DNA of 64,000 bases, from contig MU004241.1 in assembly GCA_010405405.1 (NCBI GenBank), positions 855,373 through 919,372 of the forward strand, written 5' to 3'. Source of the stretch: Microthyrium microscopicum (lineage: Eukaryota). How positions within the stretch are numbered: the first letter of the stretch is position 1; every line of letters begins with the position of its first letter. A program made the position numbers and the translations under genes. Below the pieces are notes generated by a model. The model was not told the DNA's origin and ran no database searches. It saw only the letters and a program-made list of their open reading frames with translations. Below, one piece after another: positions 37,779 to 51,681 of this stretch.

Positions 37779-39103
37779 ATGGAGGTGGCCACAACCCCAC
37801 TGCATGATTTCAACTCTCCTTTCGGATATCACAACTTCTTATCTCCTCATCCAAACCCTGATATACAGTCGCGAAGGCCTAGCGTGGACCGTCGTCCGTC
37901 ACTGACAGTATCAACTTTCTTCCCAAATCCTTACCGGCCCGCGCCCAGGATGGTTGCACCACCAAGACCTGCCACGCGGATACTACCAGCAGAAATTTGG
38001 TATGACATTCTAGATGAACTTGACGATTTGCCTCATCTTTGGCGCAAATGCCGTCAAGTATGCCATGCATTCAAAGAGATTACGGAGTCCATATTTGCAA
38101 GGCAAATCCTAGAGGAAGGCGACATGAACGTCTCGTTTGACCTAGGCTGGGGATATGTCGGGCCAGGAATGACCGAGAAACGAGTTTTCGGAGCGAGCCT
38201 GTTTTTCAAGGAATGGGCTGATGAGAAGAAAGAGGTTGCAGTGTTCCAAGACGAAAATCAGGATGAGACCATTGAAGATGATGAGTTTGCGGAAGTGGAC
38301 AATAGAATGATGCGATCTAGATGGTCAGAGAAGGTAGATTGGTATACTCCAGCAGACGCAACAGGAGCAAAAGCGATGGACTCGAGATTCGACTTGCCCC
38401 CTTGGACCATATCAATCGGGTCCTTGTTGGATCGTGAGAGAGTCAATGATACAGAGCTTCCCGGCTGGAAAATTGACTACGCAAAGAAAGAGATGAGATT
38501 TCGATGGAAGGAAGCGCTTGATGCATTCTATCGAGAAGTTGAATATATCGATAATGCTGTAAAAGCCGCAGTAAGATTGAACGAATATTGTGGGTGACAA
38601 TTTATCTAACACGATATTAGGCGCTAGAAGAACACTCATCTGGACGAATGGAAGCTACCGTTACGGCCATGACAGAGGGAAAGATTTCAATGGCGGCCGG
38701 ATGGCTCGCTGGGCGAAGAGTCACAGAGAACGCACGACTACAAGCGAGAAAGGAAATCCGAAGACACCGTATTCGCAGATTCCAGAAGCAAAACTACAAA
38801 CTTGATCCAGAAAAAGATACCTACGAGCTAGAAAGCTTTATAGACACGAAGGAATTCTGCGAAGAAGAAAAAGCGGCTCTCAAAAGGATGCAAGAGATGG
38901 AATGGATGGGCTCAGCAGAAGGACTGATTTCCCTCTTGCCATCACTGGAAGTCGACGATCCCCTTAATGATCCCATGGCCGAAGATCTCATTGCGCAATA
39001 TCTTGACATGATGCGACCAAGTATGATGGAATCGATCATCATGAACTCGGCTCTCAGTGACGATGATGTATACGATGAGGACGACGACATCGACTTCGAA
39101 TAG
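37779..39103 (+). CDS. F-box-like domain protein, 2 exons
   Basis: LPAEIWYDILDEL...LWRKCRQVCHAFK F-box-like motif; intron ~38571-38620. Confidence 0.7.
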
Positions 39104-39993
39104 AGAGCTCAGGTTGACTGACTTGTGGATAGCATGGCATATAGCGACCGAGATTGCATGCTGTGGGGGCTCATTTTATGACATTTATCTGTTTTATATA
39201 TTGATTATGCAGGTGTAGCGTTAACTGGGTGGCTGCCGGAAGTCGTTGACTTTTGCTAGGATTGGACGCATAAATAGCTCGATCTTTATACGGCTGGTTT
39301 GCAAGTCCATTTCGATTTGGAGTGAGGCGAGTGTTTACAAGGAGCGTATTCCGCTTAGATTCATGACATGTTTTAGTATACTATTTGCACTTGGAATATC
39401 GTAGTAGCTCGTTCATCGAACAAACCTGTCTGCTGAAAACTTGATACATTATCACAAGATAGATAGTCTTATTGATGGCCATTGTACAACTGATAAGGTG
39501 AATGAAAATGTCCATTTATGCCACAACTACAGCCGATTTTATATAAAAAACCTTATCAGGCGTCTCGACAATTAGTATCTGCGATGTGGAGCAGAATGTT
39601 GCTGAGGACTCCGATGAGGAGCCATTTCTTGTCCAATTTCGACAGCCCTTGCTGAGAGACCACGCAGTTCTAATATAGACAGCCGTCATTCTAGAACAAT
39701 GCCAGCCAATACCATGTTTCGAGTAACGCCTGGAGCGCTCTTGGACCCTAGCGAGCCAACATCTTAGAGCCAACAGGCCGAATGACTTGCTTAAATGAGC
39801 ATCTAAATTGATTCTGGATTTATTGCTAGTCCACTTATTACAACATGTATTCAAAATGGAAGAAAAAGGTCATTGGCTATACGACAACCATTATCACCTC
39901 CTTGGCGATTAACTTTCCTCAAAGCATCTCTTGACGACAGTTCTGTTCGTTTTGAGCTCGCTATACTGGAGAAGGACGTGGTATCTGGTTGCA

Positions 39994-42900
39994 ATGGCGC
40001 GGTCCTCTGCGCAGTCGACGCTTCCCACGGCCCTGGTATTGGCTGTGTTTGCATTACTGTTCTCGATCATTGAGGCCAAGGCACTATGGTCTCTTTCACC
40101 AGCCTCGAGTGGTCGGTTCATTCGTGAATCGTTCCCTGTGGGAAATGGTCGCCTTGGTGCTCTTCCATTTGGCCAGCCTGGACAGGAGAAGTTGAACCTG
40201 AACCTGGATTCCTTGTGGAGTGGTGGACCGTTCGAATCAGCTGTAAGTATCCCGAAGCTACCTGCTACAGACGCGGAAATTCTGACTTGTTGGCCTAGAA
40301 ATACAACGGTGGTAATCCGTCGGAAGTAGCTGCCGCATCCCTCGCTGGTATCCGAGATAACATATTCCGCGACGGAACTGGAAGTGAGTGATACGGATGA
40401 TCACAATTGAGTTCGACTAAGAAGGGATAGGTCTCGCAGGAATATTGGGATCGAACAACAATTACGGATCGTACCGAGTCCTCGCGAATCTAAGCGTAGT
40501 CATACAAGGGATAACTCGTTATGCCCATTACAACCGCTCCCTAGATCTATCGACGGGAGTTCACAGCACGACCTTCGTAGGAAACGACAATAACAACTAC
40601 ACTTCGGCCGCCTATTGCTCTTACCCTGCAAAGGCCTGCATTTACCGTCTAAGCAGCACGGGGGCTCTGCCAAACATTGCTGTCGCCTTGGAGAATCGAC
40701 TTGTACAGCCTTCCCTATACAATGCGACCTGCGACAATAGCATGGTGCGCTTGGCTGGAGTAACACAGCATGGGGATAGTACAAAACCACAAGGGATGGA
40801 GTATGATGTGATAGCGAGACTCAGTACGGGAGCTCTGGGAATGCCAATGTCATCATGCAGTAAAAACTCAAAGGGAACAATTGTAGTGACAGGAAGCGCT
40901 TATGGCGGTGACTCTAAACTAAACACTTTCAGTGTCATAGTTGGAGCGGCTTCAGATTACGACCCGACACAAGGCACAGCAGAGAGCAAATTCTCATTCC
41001 GAGGACCGAAGCCAGGCACAGCTTTAGCCAAACTTACTGCTCAATCGTCTGTCAAGCTCGAAACCAAACTGCTAACCGCTCATCAGCAGGATTATGCCCG
41101 ATTGATGAGTGGATTCGAACTTGACCTCTACGATCCTTGGAAGACATCAGAGTATCCTTCAGAGACTCTCCAATTGTTTCAGCTGTTGGATCGCTACAAG
41201 TTTTCCGCTGGTATATCAGGAAACAACAAAATGAAAAGAGCAGAGGTGAAGCGAAGGTGGACTCCTCCCCAAAGCGATAATCCAAGCATGATTAGACCTG
41301 TTCAGCGGCGACAAGCGCCTCAAAGCTCGTTTACCACTAAATCAACCTCTAATACCTGGGCCCCTGTTCATACCGCTCCACCGTTCCCCGATTTTGATTT
41401 TCCAACCAACCTGGCCAAAGGCGTTACACATACAGCTCCTGTGCCGTGGACAACAAACACCATTGTGACAGCAACGGCAGCAGATGGAGTAAAGCACACG
41501 ATCACGCTGACAATGGCTTCATCAACTGCAAGCAAGGCGAGCATGGCGCGCGCTGCAGCAACTCCAACCAACGCAGCTCGAGTAGAAACGACGGAGATGA
41601 GGCTCGACCCAGACGTACACAATAGAGAGACAAAGAACATAGAAGAAGCGAGTGTAGACGGAGGAGACGCTGCTGAGGAGCCATCGTCCGAAAGAACATC
41701 CAGCGAGGCAGATCCGAGCGTTGCGCAAGGCGATCCATACGTTGAGGGGCTCTTGTTCGATTATGCGCGACATCTTTTTATTTCATCATCCAGAGATGAC
41801 TCTTTGCCACCAAATCTTCAAGGCAGATGGGCGGATGGACTCGAGTCGGCTTGGAGTGGGGATTATCACGCAAACATCAACCTACAGATGAACCATTGGT
41901 TCGCTGATCAGGTTGGATTGGGACATTTGCAAGAAGCGCTATTCAAGTACATCGTGAACACTTGGGTTCCACGAGGAACAGAGACGGCTCATTTGCTGTA
42001 TAACTCGCCTGGATGGGTAGTCCATGATGAAATCAATATCTTTGGGCACACTGGGATGAAGAACACCGCTGAGTGGGCAAACTGTAAGCATTCAAAAGGC
42101 AACGCAAAAATACAAACTGACACAGTATAGATCCCGCCGCAGCGGCATGGATGATGCAGACGATTTTTGACCACTGGGACTACACTCGAGATCTCGGTTG
42201 GCTTCAAACCACTGGTTACAACCTGCTTCGCCAAGTCTCCCAGTTCTGGATGGCTCAGCTCCAACAAGACCGCTATACCAAAGACAACACCCTCGTAGTC
42301 AATCCATGCAACAGCCCTGAAAAGGGGCCTACAACATTCGGCTGCGCCCACTACCAACAAGTCATCCACCAGCTCTTCACCACAACTCTTGCTGCAGCCA
42401 ACGCCGTCAACGACGTCGATACTGAGTTTACCGGCAAGCTGACCCAGCTTCTCACTATGCTCGATAAAGGCCTCGCATATACCAGCTGGGGTGGCATCCG
42501 AGAATTCAAACTGCCCGAGTCCATGGGCCACGATACACTCGGCGACAAACATCGCCACCTATCGCATCTCGTTGGGTGGTACCCAGGTTACAGCATCGCG
42601 TCCTTCCAAGATGGTTACGCCAACTCGAGCATCCAAGCCGCCGTCGCAGCCTCACTGCGCAGTCGCGGAAACGGAAAAGCAGACGGCAACACCGGCTGGG
42701 CAAAAGTATGGCGCGCAGCCGCCTGGGCGCGTCTAAATGACACAGAGCAGGCCGACTACCACCTGCGATACGCAATCTATCAGAACATTGGTCAAAATGG
42801 GCTGAGCATCTATGACGGGGCTAATGGGCCGTTCCAGATTGACGCGAATTTTGGACTGGCAGGCGCGATGTTGGCGATGTTGGTGTATGATGTGCCGGCG

Positions 42901-43119
42901 AAGCTGGAGAGCACAGAGATGCGTCAGGTGGTACTTGGGCCGGCCATACCGTCGCGCTGGGGACCAGGGAAGGTGAAAGGGCTGCGGCTACGTGGTGGGA
43001 CAGTGCTTGATATGGAGTGGAACAACAGAGGAGTGGTTGGCAGAGTAGCGGTGCAGAAGCGGGGAGAGCCAGTTGCATTTTACTCGAAAGAGAACAAGCT
43101 TATAGGCAGACTTACATAA
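39994..43119 (+). CDS. Glycoside hydrolase family 95 (alpha-1,2-L-fucosidase-like), secreted, 4 exons
   Basis: Signal peptide; PVGNGRLGA, LNLDSLWSGGP, PPNLQGRW, DYHANINLQMNHW, SPE, HRHLSHL and PFQIDANFG. Introns ~40243-40298, 40384-40430 and 42085-42130. Confidence 0.92.
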
Positions 43120-43758
43120 TCGTATCAAGTTAGATTAACAGATTGTTGTTGACAGACTTGGACATCCGATGATGACTCTTGGAGCGAAGGCATATCAACT
43201 ATTGGAAAGTGTTTTCAACAGCATGAGACGTACCGAATGCGCGCAACGACTGCACATGTTTGCGCTATGGTTATGTTGCGGCCAATACGTGATGTTCTGG
43301 CTCAGTAAAGTGAAGATAGGCATGGTGTTGAGCACAGAAAAGGAGGTGGGGTGACTAAGCGCATGAATCGATCGGGAAGGCACATGCCGCACGTGGGCAA
43401 GAACGTGCCAAGCAGCAGGGAAAGAGCCAACCAGAGCGAGTAACACCAGAAATGACAAGGAAGGCGGGAGTTACGAGATTCGAGGACTTTGGCAGGCACG
43501 AGCCCTTGGAGCCCCAACAACCACATCAACTGATCTGATCCACGTTGATTGTTGTCTTGTTACTCCGCCTCCCTCCAAATTTATTGACCTTTGATTTACC
43601 TTTGTTACATACCTCTTTCTACCAAATCCTCTGTGACAACCGCTTTGTCCTTCGTTGAAGCTGGATTGTCTCCTCCAGCATATATAACCGCGAGCGCTCT
43701 TGCGGCTCTGCAACCCTCAACATCCTGACGACACATCATACTTTCGATCCTAGAAAGA

Positions 43759-44406
43759 ATGACAGTACCCATGAACACCGATTTCTCTGCTAGCAAACCC
43801 ACACCTGCCGTACTCTGCTCCAACTGCGGCTCTTACTGTCCCGTTCCCACGGGATCAAGTCTGGGTGATGATAACCAGCGCCGCATCGCCGACTTGGAAG
43901 CGCAAGTTAACATCCTGAAACGCAAGGCCAACGACGCGGAATCAAAAATCGCCGAATACGAAGACGGACTCCAAGCCGGACCCAACCGTACAAACACGGG
44001 CTCTACTGCCGATCCAGTAACACCCGGTCCCGCTCCTTCACGCTTCGGCTCCTTTTCCTGGCGGAAACTCTCCGCAGACGCACCGATATCCACCACAAAC
44101 TCATCACCAGCTGCACCGGCGTCTCGCAAAGAAACGGATCTACAAGTTGCGTTGGCGAAGGAGCAGCAGCGGCGAGAAAAGGCCGAGGGAGAGGCGTCGA
44201 AGCTAAGCTCGGAGATTGAGGACCTTACTGCGACACTGTTTGAGCAAGCGAATGAGATGGTGGCCACAGAAAGAAAAGCGCGAGCCAAGCTCGAAGAGCG
44301 AGTGGAGCAATTAGAGAAGAGAGATGTGGAGAAGCGCAAGAGACTGGAAAGACTTGAGGGTGCCCTGAAGAGGATTGATCGCGTCAAGGGGCTACTTGGA
44401 ACCTGA
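43759..44406 (+). CDS. Sec2p-like (GDP/GTP exchange factor coiled-coil) domain protein
   Basis: EIEDLTATLFEQANEMVATERKAR within an extended coiled coil; N-terminal CxxC. Confidence 0.8.
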   Translation: MTVPMNTDFSASKPTPAVLCSNCGSYCPVPTGSSLGDDNQRRIADLEAQVNILKRKANDAESKIAEYEDGLQAGPNRTNTGSTADPVTPGPAPSRFGSFSWRKLSADAPISTTNSSPAAPASRKETDLQVALAKEQQRREKAEGEASKLSSEIEDLTATLFEQANEMVATERKARAKLEERVEQLEKRDVEKRKRLERLEGALKRIDRVKGLLGT

Positions 44407-45147
44407 AGCATTGATATGGAATGTCTCAAATATTTTACACCACAATCCACGAAGGACAACAGTCGAATACGTCTTATCAGGGACAAAATCAGGCCACCTC
44501 GAAGCGCTCGCAAATTAGACATTGCCAACATACAATGTTGGCCAACAGTTGCATATCGCCAAAGCATCATACATGTATGATTGCTCGGCTCCCGCACCAA
44601 ACACCAAGCTGTCTCAGAATCTCTGATGAGAAAGTGTATATATGAAGCTTTTACGATTGGTGCATACCCGCGCAATCTACCAGCTTCAATGTCTCTGACG
44701 AAATACGGGTACCCAGGATGAACATATGCCGAATGTACCCTCCTCATACATATCAACTCTTGTTGGCTCGATTACATAGCGCCTGACAACCGAAGCAAGA
44801 ATTTGATCGAAACATATCCTTGATCCTAGAAGAGCAAGGATAAAGTAAGTCACGATAAACATCGTGTACGCTCAAACTTCTTATGCATCTACCTTCTCAC
44901 CTTGTAGTATAGTTATGTATCAAAATACAATTGACTGATTGGCAGTCCACAATTTCCCTGCAATTCGTTCTATAGGCTCGTTTATTTGTACAACAACTAC
45001 AGGTCATCCTGCATCCATCCTGATGAAGGTTGCCAAGCTCTTATGCCTGGTTTATACGATCTACCCCGCCAGCTGAACTATCAGTGGAATTCCCTTCGGC
45101 GTCGTTGAAGACTTCACGATAGAGAATAGGAAGAGTTTAGCAAAATC

Positions 45148-47676
45148 ATGTCTCGCCCACTTGAGGTTATCACTGGATCTCCTTCAATCGAGGGCATCAC
45201 TGAAGCTTCGCTCGACAGTACTCATTCCCTTAAGTCTTCTACTCATGAAAATGGCTCCGAGAACCCAAGTAATAGTACTCGTACGAACCCTTGGGTAGCT
45301 GGACTAGATGCATTTACACCTACAAGTCTCTCTACGATCTCAGAGACAGAGTCTGTATCTACGCCTACTCCTGCTAAGAAAGTAGCCAACAAATTACCGG
45401 CGATGGCACTTACGATTGAGGAGCTTCTTGGGACTCCCCCAAAGCCTGATGACCGCTTCATTGACTTCAAGGACATGATTGGACGCACTTTCAAGTTTCC
45501 CTTTAAGGGAGTGAGAAGATGGAAGGTCAGTGAAAGCATTCGAGACATAACTCGTGGTTATTTTCATGGATGTGTACTAAACTTCCCTCGCAGGATATGA
45601 AAAGCGTCATTCAAGGACTGTTCGTAGCTCACCAATTTGATGGCTTTCGACTTGATATCTTTGAAGGCCGCTACGATATCGTCAACGAGCAAGACAATAT
45701 GCACATCATAGCACCTTTCTGGGAAAGTCTACTCAAGCCTGGAGATAAGATTAAGATGGCCATGTGGCCGAACAGTTCAAATGGACGTAGACTCTTAGAG
45801 CCACGGCCACCTGGAGCCATGCCAATGCCGATGTCAATCCCAGCACCGCCGCCTGCTCCTGGTAAGCTGGTTTGGTCTTCTGCTGAACTCATACTTTCAA
45901 TTGTTGCTGATGATCTCTAGGGACTTTAGCTTCGCCTTCAGGTATTAGCATGGCAAATTCATTCCTGCCTCCACCGCCGCCTCCTATGAGCACACCAGGG
46001 GACCTGATAGGCACGGGTTTTCCTCCCATATATCCGTACGGAAAGAAAAAGTCGAAGCATTCAAGTCACGGAATTATATACATTCCGCCACCGCCACCTG
46101 ATGTGTCTAAGCTCAATCTGAGCGAAGTCGAGGTTATCGACCGTGCCAAGTTTGAGGCCGAGGATCTCGAGACTGCTAACCAATGGGTCAAAGAGCTAGC
46201 ACCCGAATATAAAGGCCAGCCGATTCTGCGAGCTCCGGGCATGTTCCGAGCTCCATCAGGCTTTCGGGATGCTTTCAAGATGAAGAGTGAAGTCCTATGT
46301 GGGCTACTTGGTCTCTCACCATATCACTCAGCGACTTTCATCGTGCACATGCTATGCAAAGCTGAGAAGAGCCACTATTTGCGACAAGAGCAGTGGCCAG
46401 ACATTATGATTGTGCTCTTGCAAACAATCTGTGAAGACCATTTACACAGCTCCAAGCATGGCATAGACCGGCAAACATCTCAAAAGCGGCTGAGCGAGGA
46501 CAGTGTTCTCATGCGATGCTACCGCCGTGGTTTATTGCCGCTCCCAGAGAAGGGGGCAAGGTTCACCAGCAGTACGAGCGAGCATCGCCATCGAGAGATT
46601 CTCCGTACTGCATCAGCAGCCATGAATATCTGGTGTGGTTATTCATACGTTCCGGTCTTTGTGCTGAACCCAGCCGAAGATGATTTGTATCCTGTATATA
46701 GCGACTCCGGAGAGCAATATGCAAGCAAGCTCATTGATCTCAATGGCCTAGACATTGCCTCGTTGCTGAAACTCGAGGGCTTCAAGATCACATGGACGGA
46801 CATCGCTAGCAAACATCTGCAACTCATGTATCCTAATGAGCGAGACGACACCTCGGAACGGTCATATGACTCTTGTCGTGATCGCGCCGAGTCAGTTACT
46901 CTATACATTTATTGGTTCGACTTCACTGAGTACGAGTGGCTCAATCCGTAAGCTCGCACAATCTATACCTTCCCTCCTATCCACTACTGACCACCTTTCA
47001 CTCAGCTACTTTGCTCGACCAAACTCATCAGCAAATTTCTCTCCTACATACCTCCTATCCACATGGGTAAGTTTTCCCCATCGCTATTCCTCAATTTCCT
47101 ATACTCAGTATAGCACCCAATAACTCCCGCATCAATCCAAGCTACCATCACCAAAATCAACCTCCATCAAACTAACAAACCCAGGCCATCCTCTTCACGC
47201 CCTCCGGCCCACTCACCCGCCGCCGCGCCCGCACCGCCTACGCCGCCCTCCCCATCCCCTCCTGGACCAAAGAAACCCTCGACCCCTTCAACGCGCACTC
47301 CACCCTCGGCGACCTAACCACCGCCAACCTAGCCGCCCACTGCGTCGACATGCAATCCCACCTCTCCGTCTCCGCACCAGGAACCTGGTTCCGGAGCAAG
47401 AAGGTAAGTGCCGGAAACTACAGCGTCTTCGCAGACCGACTTGTGGAACTGCGCGAGTATGTGGATGAACGGCAGCGTGACAGGCGTGGGTTCTGGGGGA
47501 GGATGTTTTGGCAGGATGGGAGGGGTGGGCGGGAGGTTGTGGTGGTTATGTTTGGAGTGGCGGTGTTGGCGTTGTGCTTGGGAGTGTTGATATTGGCGGC
47601 GGAGGTGGCGCAGGTTTGGGCGGGTGTTGGGGTGTTGAATCGACTGGAAGGGCTGAAGGGGTTGAGGCTTTTATAG
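45148..47676 (+). CDS. Hypothetical protein with fungal ubiquitin-like domain and C-terminal TM helix, 5 exons
   Basis: Introns 45526-45593, 45862-45920, 46948-47005 and 47067-47184 keep frame. FKDMIGRTFKFPF...GRYDI...WESLLKPGDKIKMAMWP; Pro-rich linker; hydrophobic C-terminus. Confidence 0.7.
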
Positions 47677-50600
47677 GTGGTATGTGCGAAGAGAGATTGA
47701 ATGCTGGGAGGTATTGCGTTCAGAGTGTGGTGATGAAGTTGACAAGTTTTGGTTACGTCTAAGGATTGACACGGCCTCCTACAAAATTTGCTATGAACTT
47801 GGACTCGGGCGGAGGTAGCAGTGATACTTAATGAATAAACGAATAACGAATCAAATTAGTGTTATGCGAGACATATGGCGGCTCAGTGACGATCTTATGT
47901 CAATCATATCTCTATACCAGGTACCTGAGCCTCAACCCCACAAAGTCCAACATCACACCAAAAGACTCGTACAACAATATGCGCAGAGCACGCGATCAAG
48001 ACGTTAAAATAAAGTTCGGCCCTCAAATAGCTTTAAAATAGCAGGAATCGAAAGGAGCGTGCGTACAACAATCGTAGATTATTCAGGGTCTTTCCAAGGT
48101 CGTGCGTGGTTTTGAAGGTTTCGCTGGAGTAAGAAAAACTGCTCGTTGGCTGCAAAGGGCCATCTGTTACGTACTGAATCCAACTCCAAGGAACCGCCAT
48201 CGTCACACATTGCATTGGCCACGTTTTTTTGCCAATATCCTCGTGCGAGCTTATTTCTACTACATTTCGCCCTTTTGTTTGGCTTCACGCTGTATACGGT
48301 TGTGTATGGTCTGTCAGTGATTGTTGATTTGAGGTATGCAGTAATGGATCGTGAATCGAGTATGTATCAACGTTAAACTGCTTTGGGAACGCCCAGCTGC
48401 ACGCGCGTAGGTATCTTTGCTGAGGAAGATAATGTGTGCATTAGATTCGTGTTGAGGCGGCTATTGAATGGTAAAGCGTGCAAGAAGGATTGGTTTCCAA
48501 CAGTCATGCTTGGGGGCATATGCTAAAGATATTGCCGTTGCAGCCAGCAGCTAGAGACATGCATAATTTGGCATTGTGTTTATCTGATAAGAGCCCAAAC
48601 CTCATCGCAGTATTGACACAGAGAGAAGCGTCAACAGCACGGTATGGCCGATAAGCAGAACCAGGTGGTTGAGCGCAGTTACTACTTTGGGAAGCTCAAA
48701 ATCATAAACAGCTTCGTTTAGCGCTTACGACTACCGCAAAGAATTACTATTACCCAATGATCCGATATCAATATGTTGAGGAATCGATGGCCAGACTGGC
48801 CGTAATAGTGCCATCCCACCAAAGAACCCGAGGTGCATGTCTGAAGGATCTCAGTCAATGTCAGGTATTGCAGGGTGCAGCAATTTGGCTGCGAGATTGG
48901 ATAGAAAGTGTTCCAGAAAATGCATCGAAGCAGTCTTTGCTGGTGAACAACAGAACTGTTAGAGGGGCACGGCGAATATTCATTAGCGATGTGATTTGCA
49001 ATCGGCGGCGTTCCTTATCTCTACATCCACCAGCTTGGGCCTCCACACACCTCCCTGCACCCTTGATTCGCTGCCAAATGCACTCTATTGCCTGAAGAAC
49101 CGAAATACGATGCGGTAGCTTCATTGCTTCAAGCCTTTGGACAGCGCTTGTTTCTTTCTCCACAAACTCCTCTCAACAAATTACTTTCGTAGCCAAGATT
49201 GCTTACCGAAGCTAAGCTCAACGTTGTCAGGAATCCAAGTGGCTTGGAAAACTATTAGACGTACGAAACTACGAATTGCTTGTGATGTGCTTGTAAATAT
49301 CGAAACTGATACCGGTAATACTGGAAATACTGGGAATTGAAAAGAAGTCATTATTTTGATGTACGAAGAAGCTGCATGACCGATGTATTTGCAGACCAGA
49401 AACCCGGTTGGGGAGTACATATGAACATCAAACTTGTCAACGCTACTCCGTACTGCTAAGTCAGGTGGCATGTACGACCCTCAACTGAAAGGTTCTATGT
49501 AGGTAGTATCAAAGATGCTTTGCCAAGATGATATACTTAAGTACCTTTGAACAAATAGCAATGCACACTTTCGAATATCAACTTCTTTGGTGGTCCATTA
49601 TATTCCTATGCCGGATTCCAATTTCCAATTTCCAAATGCATGCTGTGCCGCGAGTTCCCGTCCTGCGCCTAAACACAGTACACGTTGTCTCCCGTCTTTA
49701 GCAAAGCACAGTTGAGAGTCGTTTGAAACCATGCCACCACCATGATCTTCGCTGTCGCGCCTATCCAACGTCTGATGAACACGATGGAAAGATGAGTCCC
49801 CTGACTGAACAGGCGACAGACGAAGGCCTGAATATTTTGATGAATGTTGAATCATCACGAATGTCACAACAACAAGAATGAATGACACCAAGCATTCAAC
49901 CAAATTCCTTATCAGTTGGCCGACAATAGAATTTGGTAACCGCAACAGTTCAAGTCATGCATGTTTGGCCGTTTCAAAACGGCAAAGTCTTGGAACTCGC
50001 TAGGATGTACCGACTGCGATCGCCTGAGACGCCGCTGTGGGGGGGGAGGGTAGAAAAACGGGTTTCTGGTCCAGAATTCTCGATGCTGCAGCGGGGACGG
50101 ACGGAGCGAGGCAAAAGGACAAACGCTCGCGTGTTGACTGCCTCTGAATCATCACCAGCTGATCTCGATATGTTCTTTCCAATCAGTTGTAGCTGCTAGA
50201 GCGGCGTAAAGTTGCGGTAATCCTGAGGCAGCTCGAATCAACAGTCACTTTGATCGAACACCAGCAAAATTTCCAAGTTGGTGGCTGGCGACTAGGGGGG
50301 ATTTGTGCAGCGGGAAGACCCTGGATTGTTCAACCACTTGCACCACACATTTACCACCGGTTCCTGATTGACTGGACCGTTTCCCCCGAATTCGGTTGCT
50401 ATCATTGGTCTTTTCTGCCAGACTCTGCATCAAACTTTCAAGGATTTAAAGATCAACTTCACTTCATGACAGTCACAAGCTCAACGAAGAGTACTCGCCA
50501 TGCAGGTGGAGCACACATCGCCTTGCCTGGACTCATGGACAATCAAGAAACTGTACATCTTTCTGGCAGGAGTTTGGCTCAAAAGCAGATCGGCTTCACC

Positions 50601-50893
50601 TATAATCTCAATAATCTGGACGTTGTCCAATGATGGGAAGCTAGGAACCCCCGTCAGTTCCGTATTTAATGCATTAGTTGCTACTCGCGGCAACATAGTA
50701 GTGCAAATTGTTCTTAAGCCTTTGAAAAAGCATACAGTGGTACGTATATCTACTTTTGCAGTGTAAATTTACACAGTAACCATGCAATACGGGTGTTTAA
50801 AAACATGTCCGGTAAGCTGACAAGACTGTATGCTGTGGTATCCAGCACGGGAGTAAAAGCTTACAGTGACATGGGGTATATATGAGCTGCAAA

Positions 50894-51063
50894 TTATCAT
50901 ATATTTTCTTGGAGGATGGCCACCTCTTAGTTTGAGCGTTTGCATGGCAGATCTTCGTCTTCCACGTTGTGATAGAAGCGATAGTCGCAACTAGCTCTCA
51001 CCATGTGTATGGGAAACTACTACTGCGATAGTTAACCTCGCCTACGGTTCCGAGCAATTATCG
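50894..51063. promoter_or_regulatory. Cluster of HGATAR sites (candidate AreA/NIT2) upstream of the ammonium permease
   Basis: TTATCA 50894, TGATAG 50970, CGATAG 50979, CGATAG 51026 and TTATCG 51058. Confidence 0.45.
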
Positions 51064-51681
51064 CAGAGTGGAGCATCAAGTCTCCAGTGCTTAGTACTTA
51101 GTTAGACTCGGAATCCAGTATACTGGGAAAGGATGAAATATTACAGGCTTGGCCACAGGCTACGAGACCCGTAGTCGGTGAAGTGTCGCACCAAAGATGG
51201 CAGTGCGTTCGCATGGGGGTGGGCATCCCGCACGGTTTCCGCGAAATGCATCCATCGCGGCTTCGCGGGACACGGGTCAATTGAAGGCTTTGAAGCAAAA
51301 AAGGATTGCTGGCGACTCCCTGTCATCCGTTCTTTTGACGAATCAGTTCAAGCCTCCAAATGTTTGGCTTAACGGCCATGTTCACGAACAAAGCTCAAGC
51401 CCGCCATCGTTTCCTAGCCTTGTTCTGCCATGCGCTTAGGTATATAGAGTCTTGAGCCGCCCAGACCAACATCTTGATTTCTTGAATTCGTTAATCCTTT
51501 TCTTTCGATCTTGATCTCAAGTCGATTACTTTCTTGGCACTTCTTTGTACAAAGGAAGTCGTCACTCCATCAATTGGCAATTGCGGTGTTGACTCGCTGC
51601 TAGACATTCCCTACCTTCCATACTTCTTCTTCCCCTACTTTTTCCCCCTTCACGGATTCGCGTCTTTCGCGACCTTTCAAA

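Noticed and set aside
43833..44756. 307-aa minus-strand ORF
   Set aside because: Largely the antisense shadow of the Sec2-like coiled-coil gene; no recognisable domain.
49308..49337. Short 9-bp imperfect repeat (TGN-like)
   Set aside because: Too short and not linked to any supported feature.
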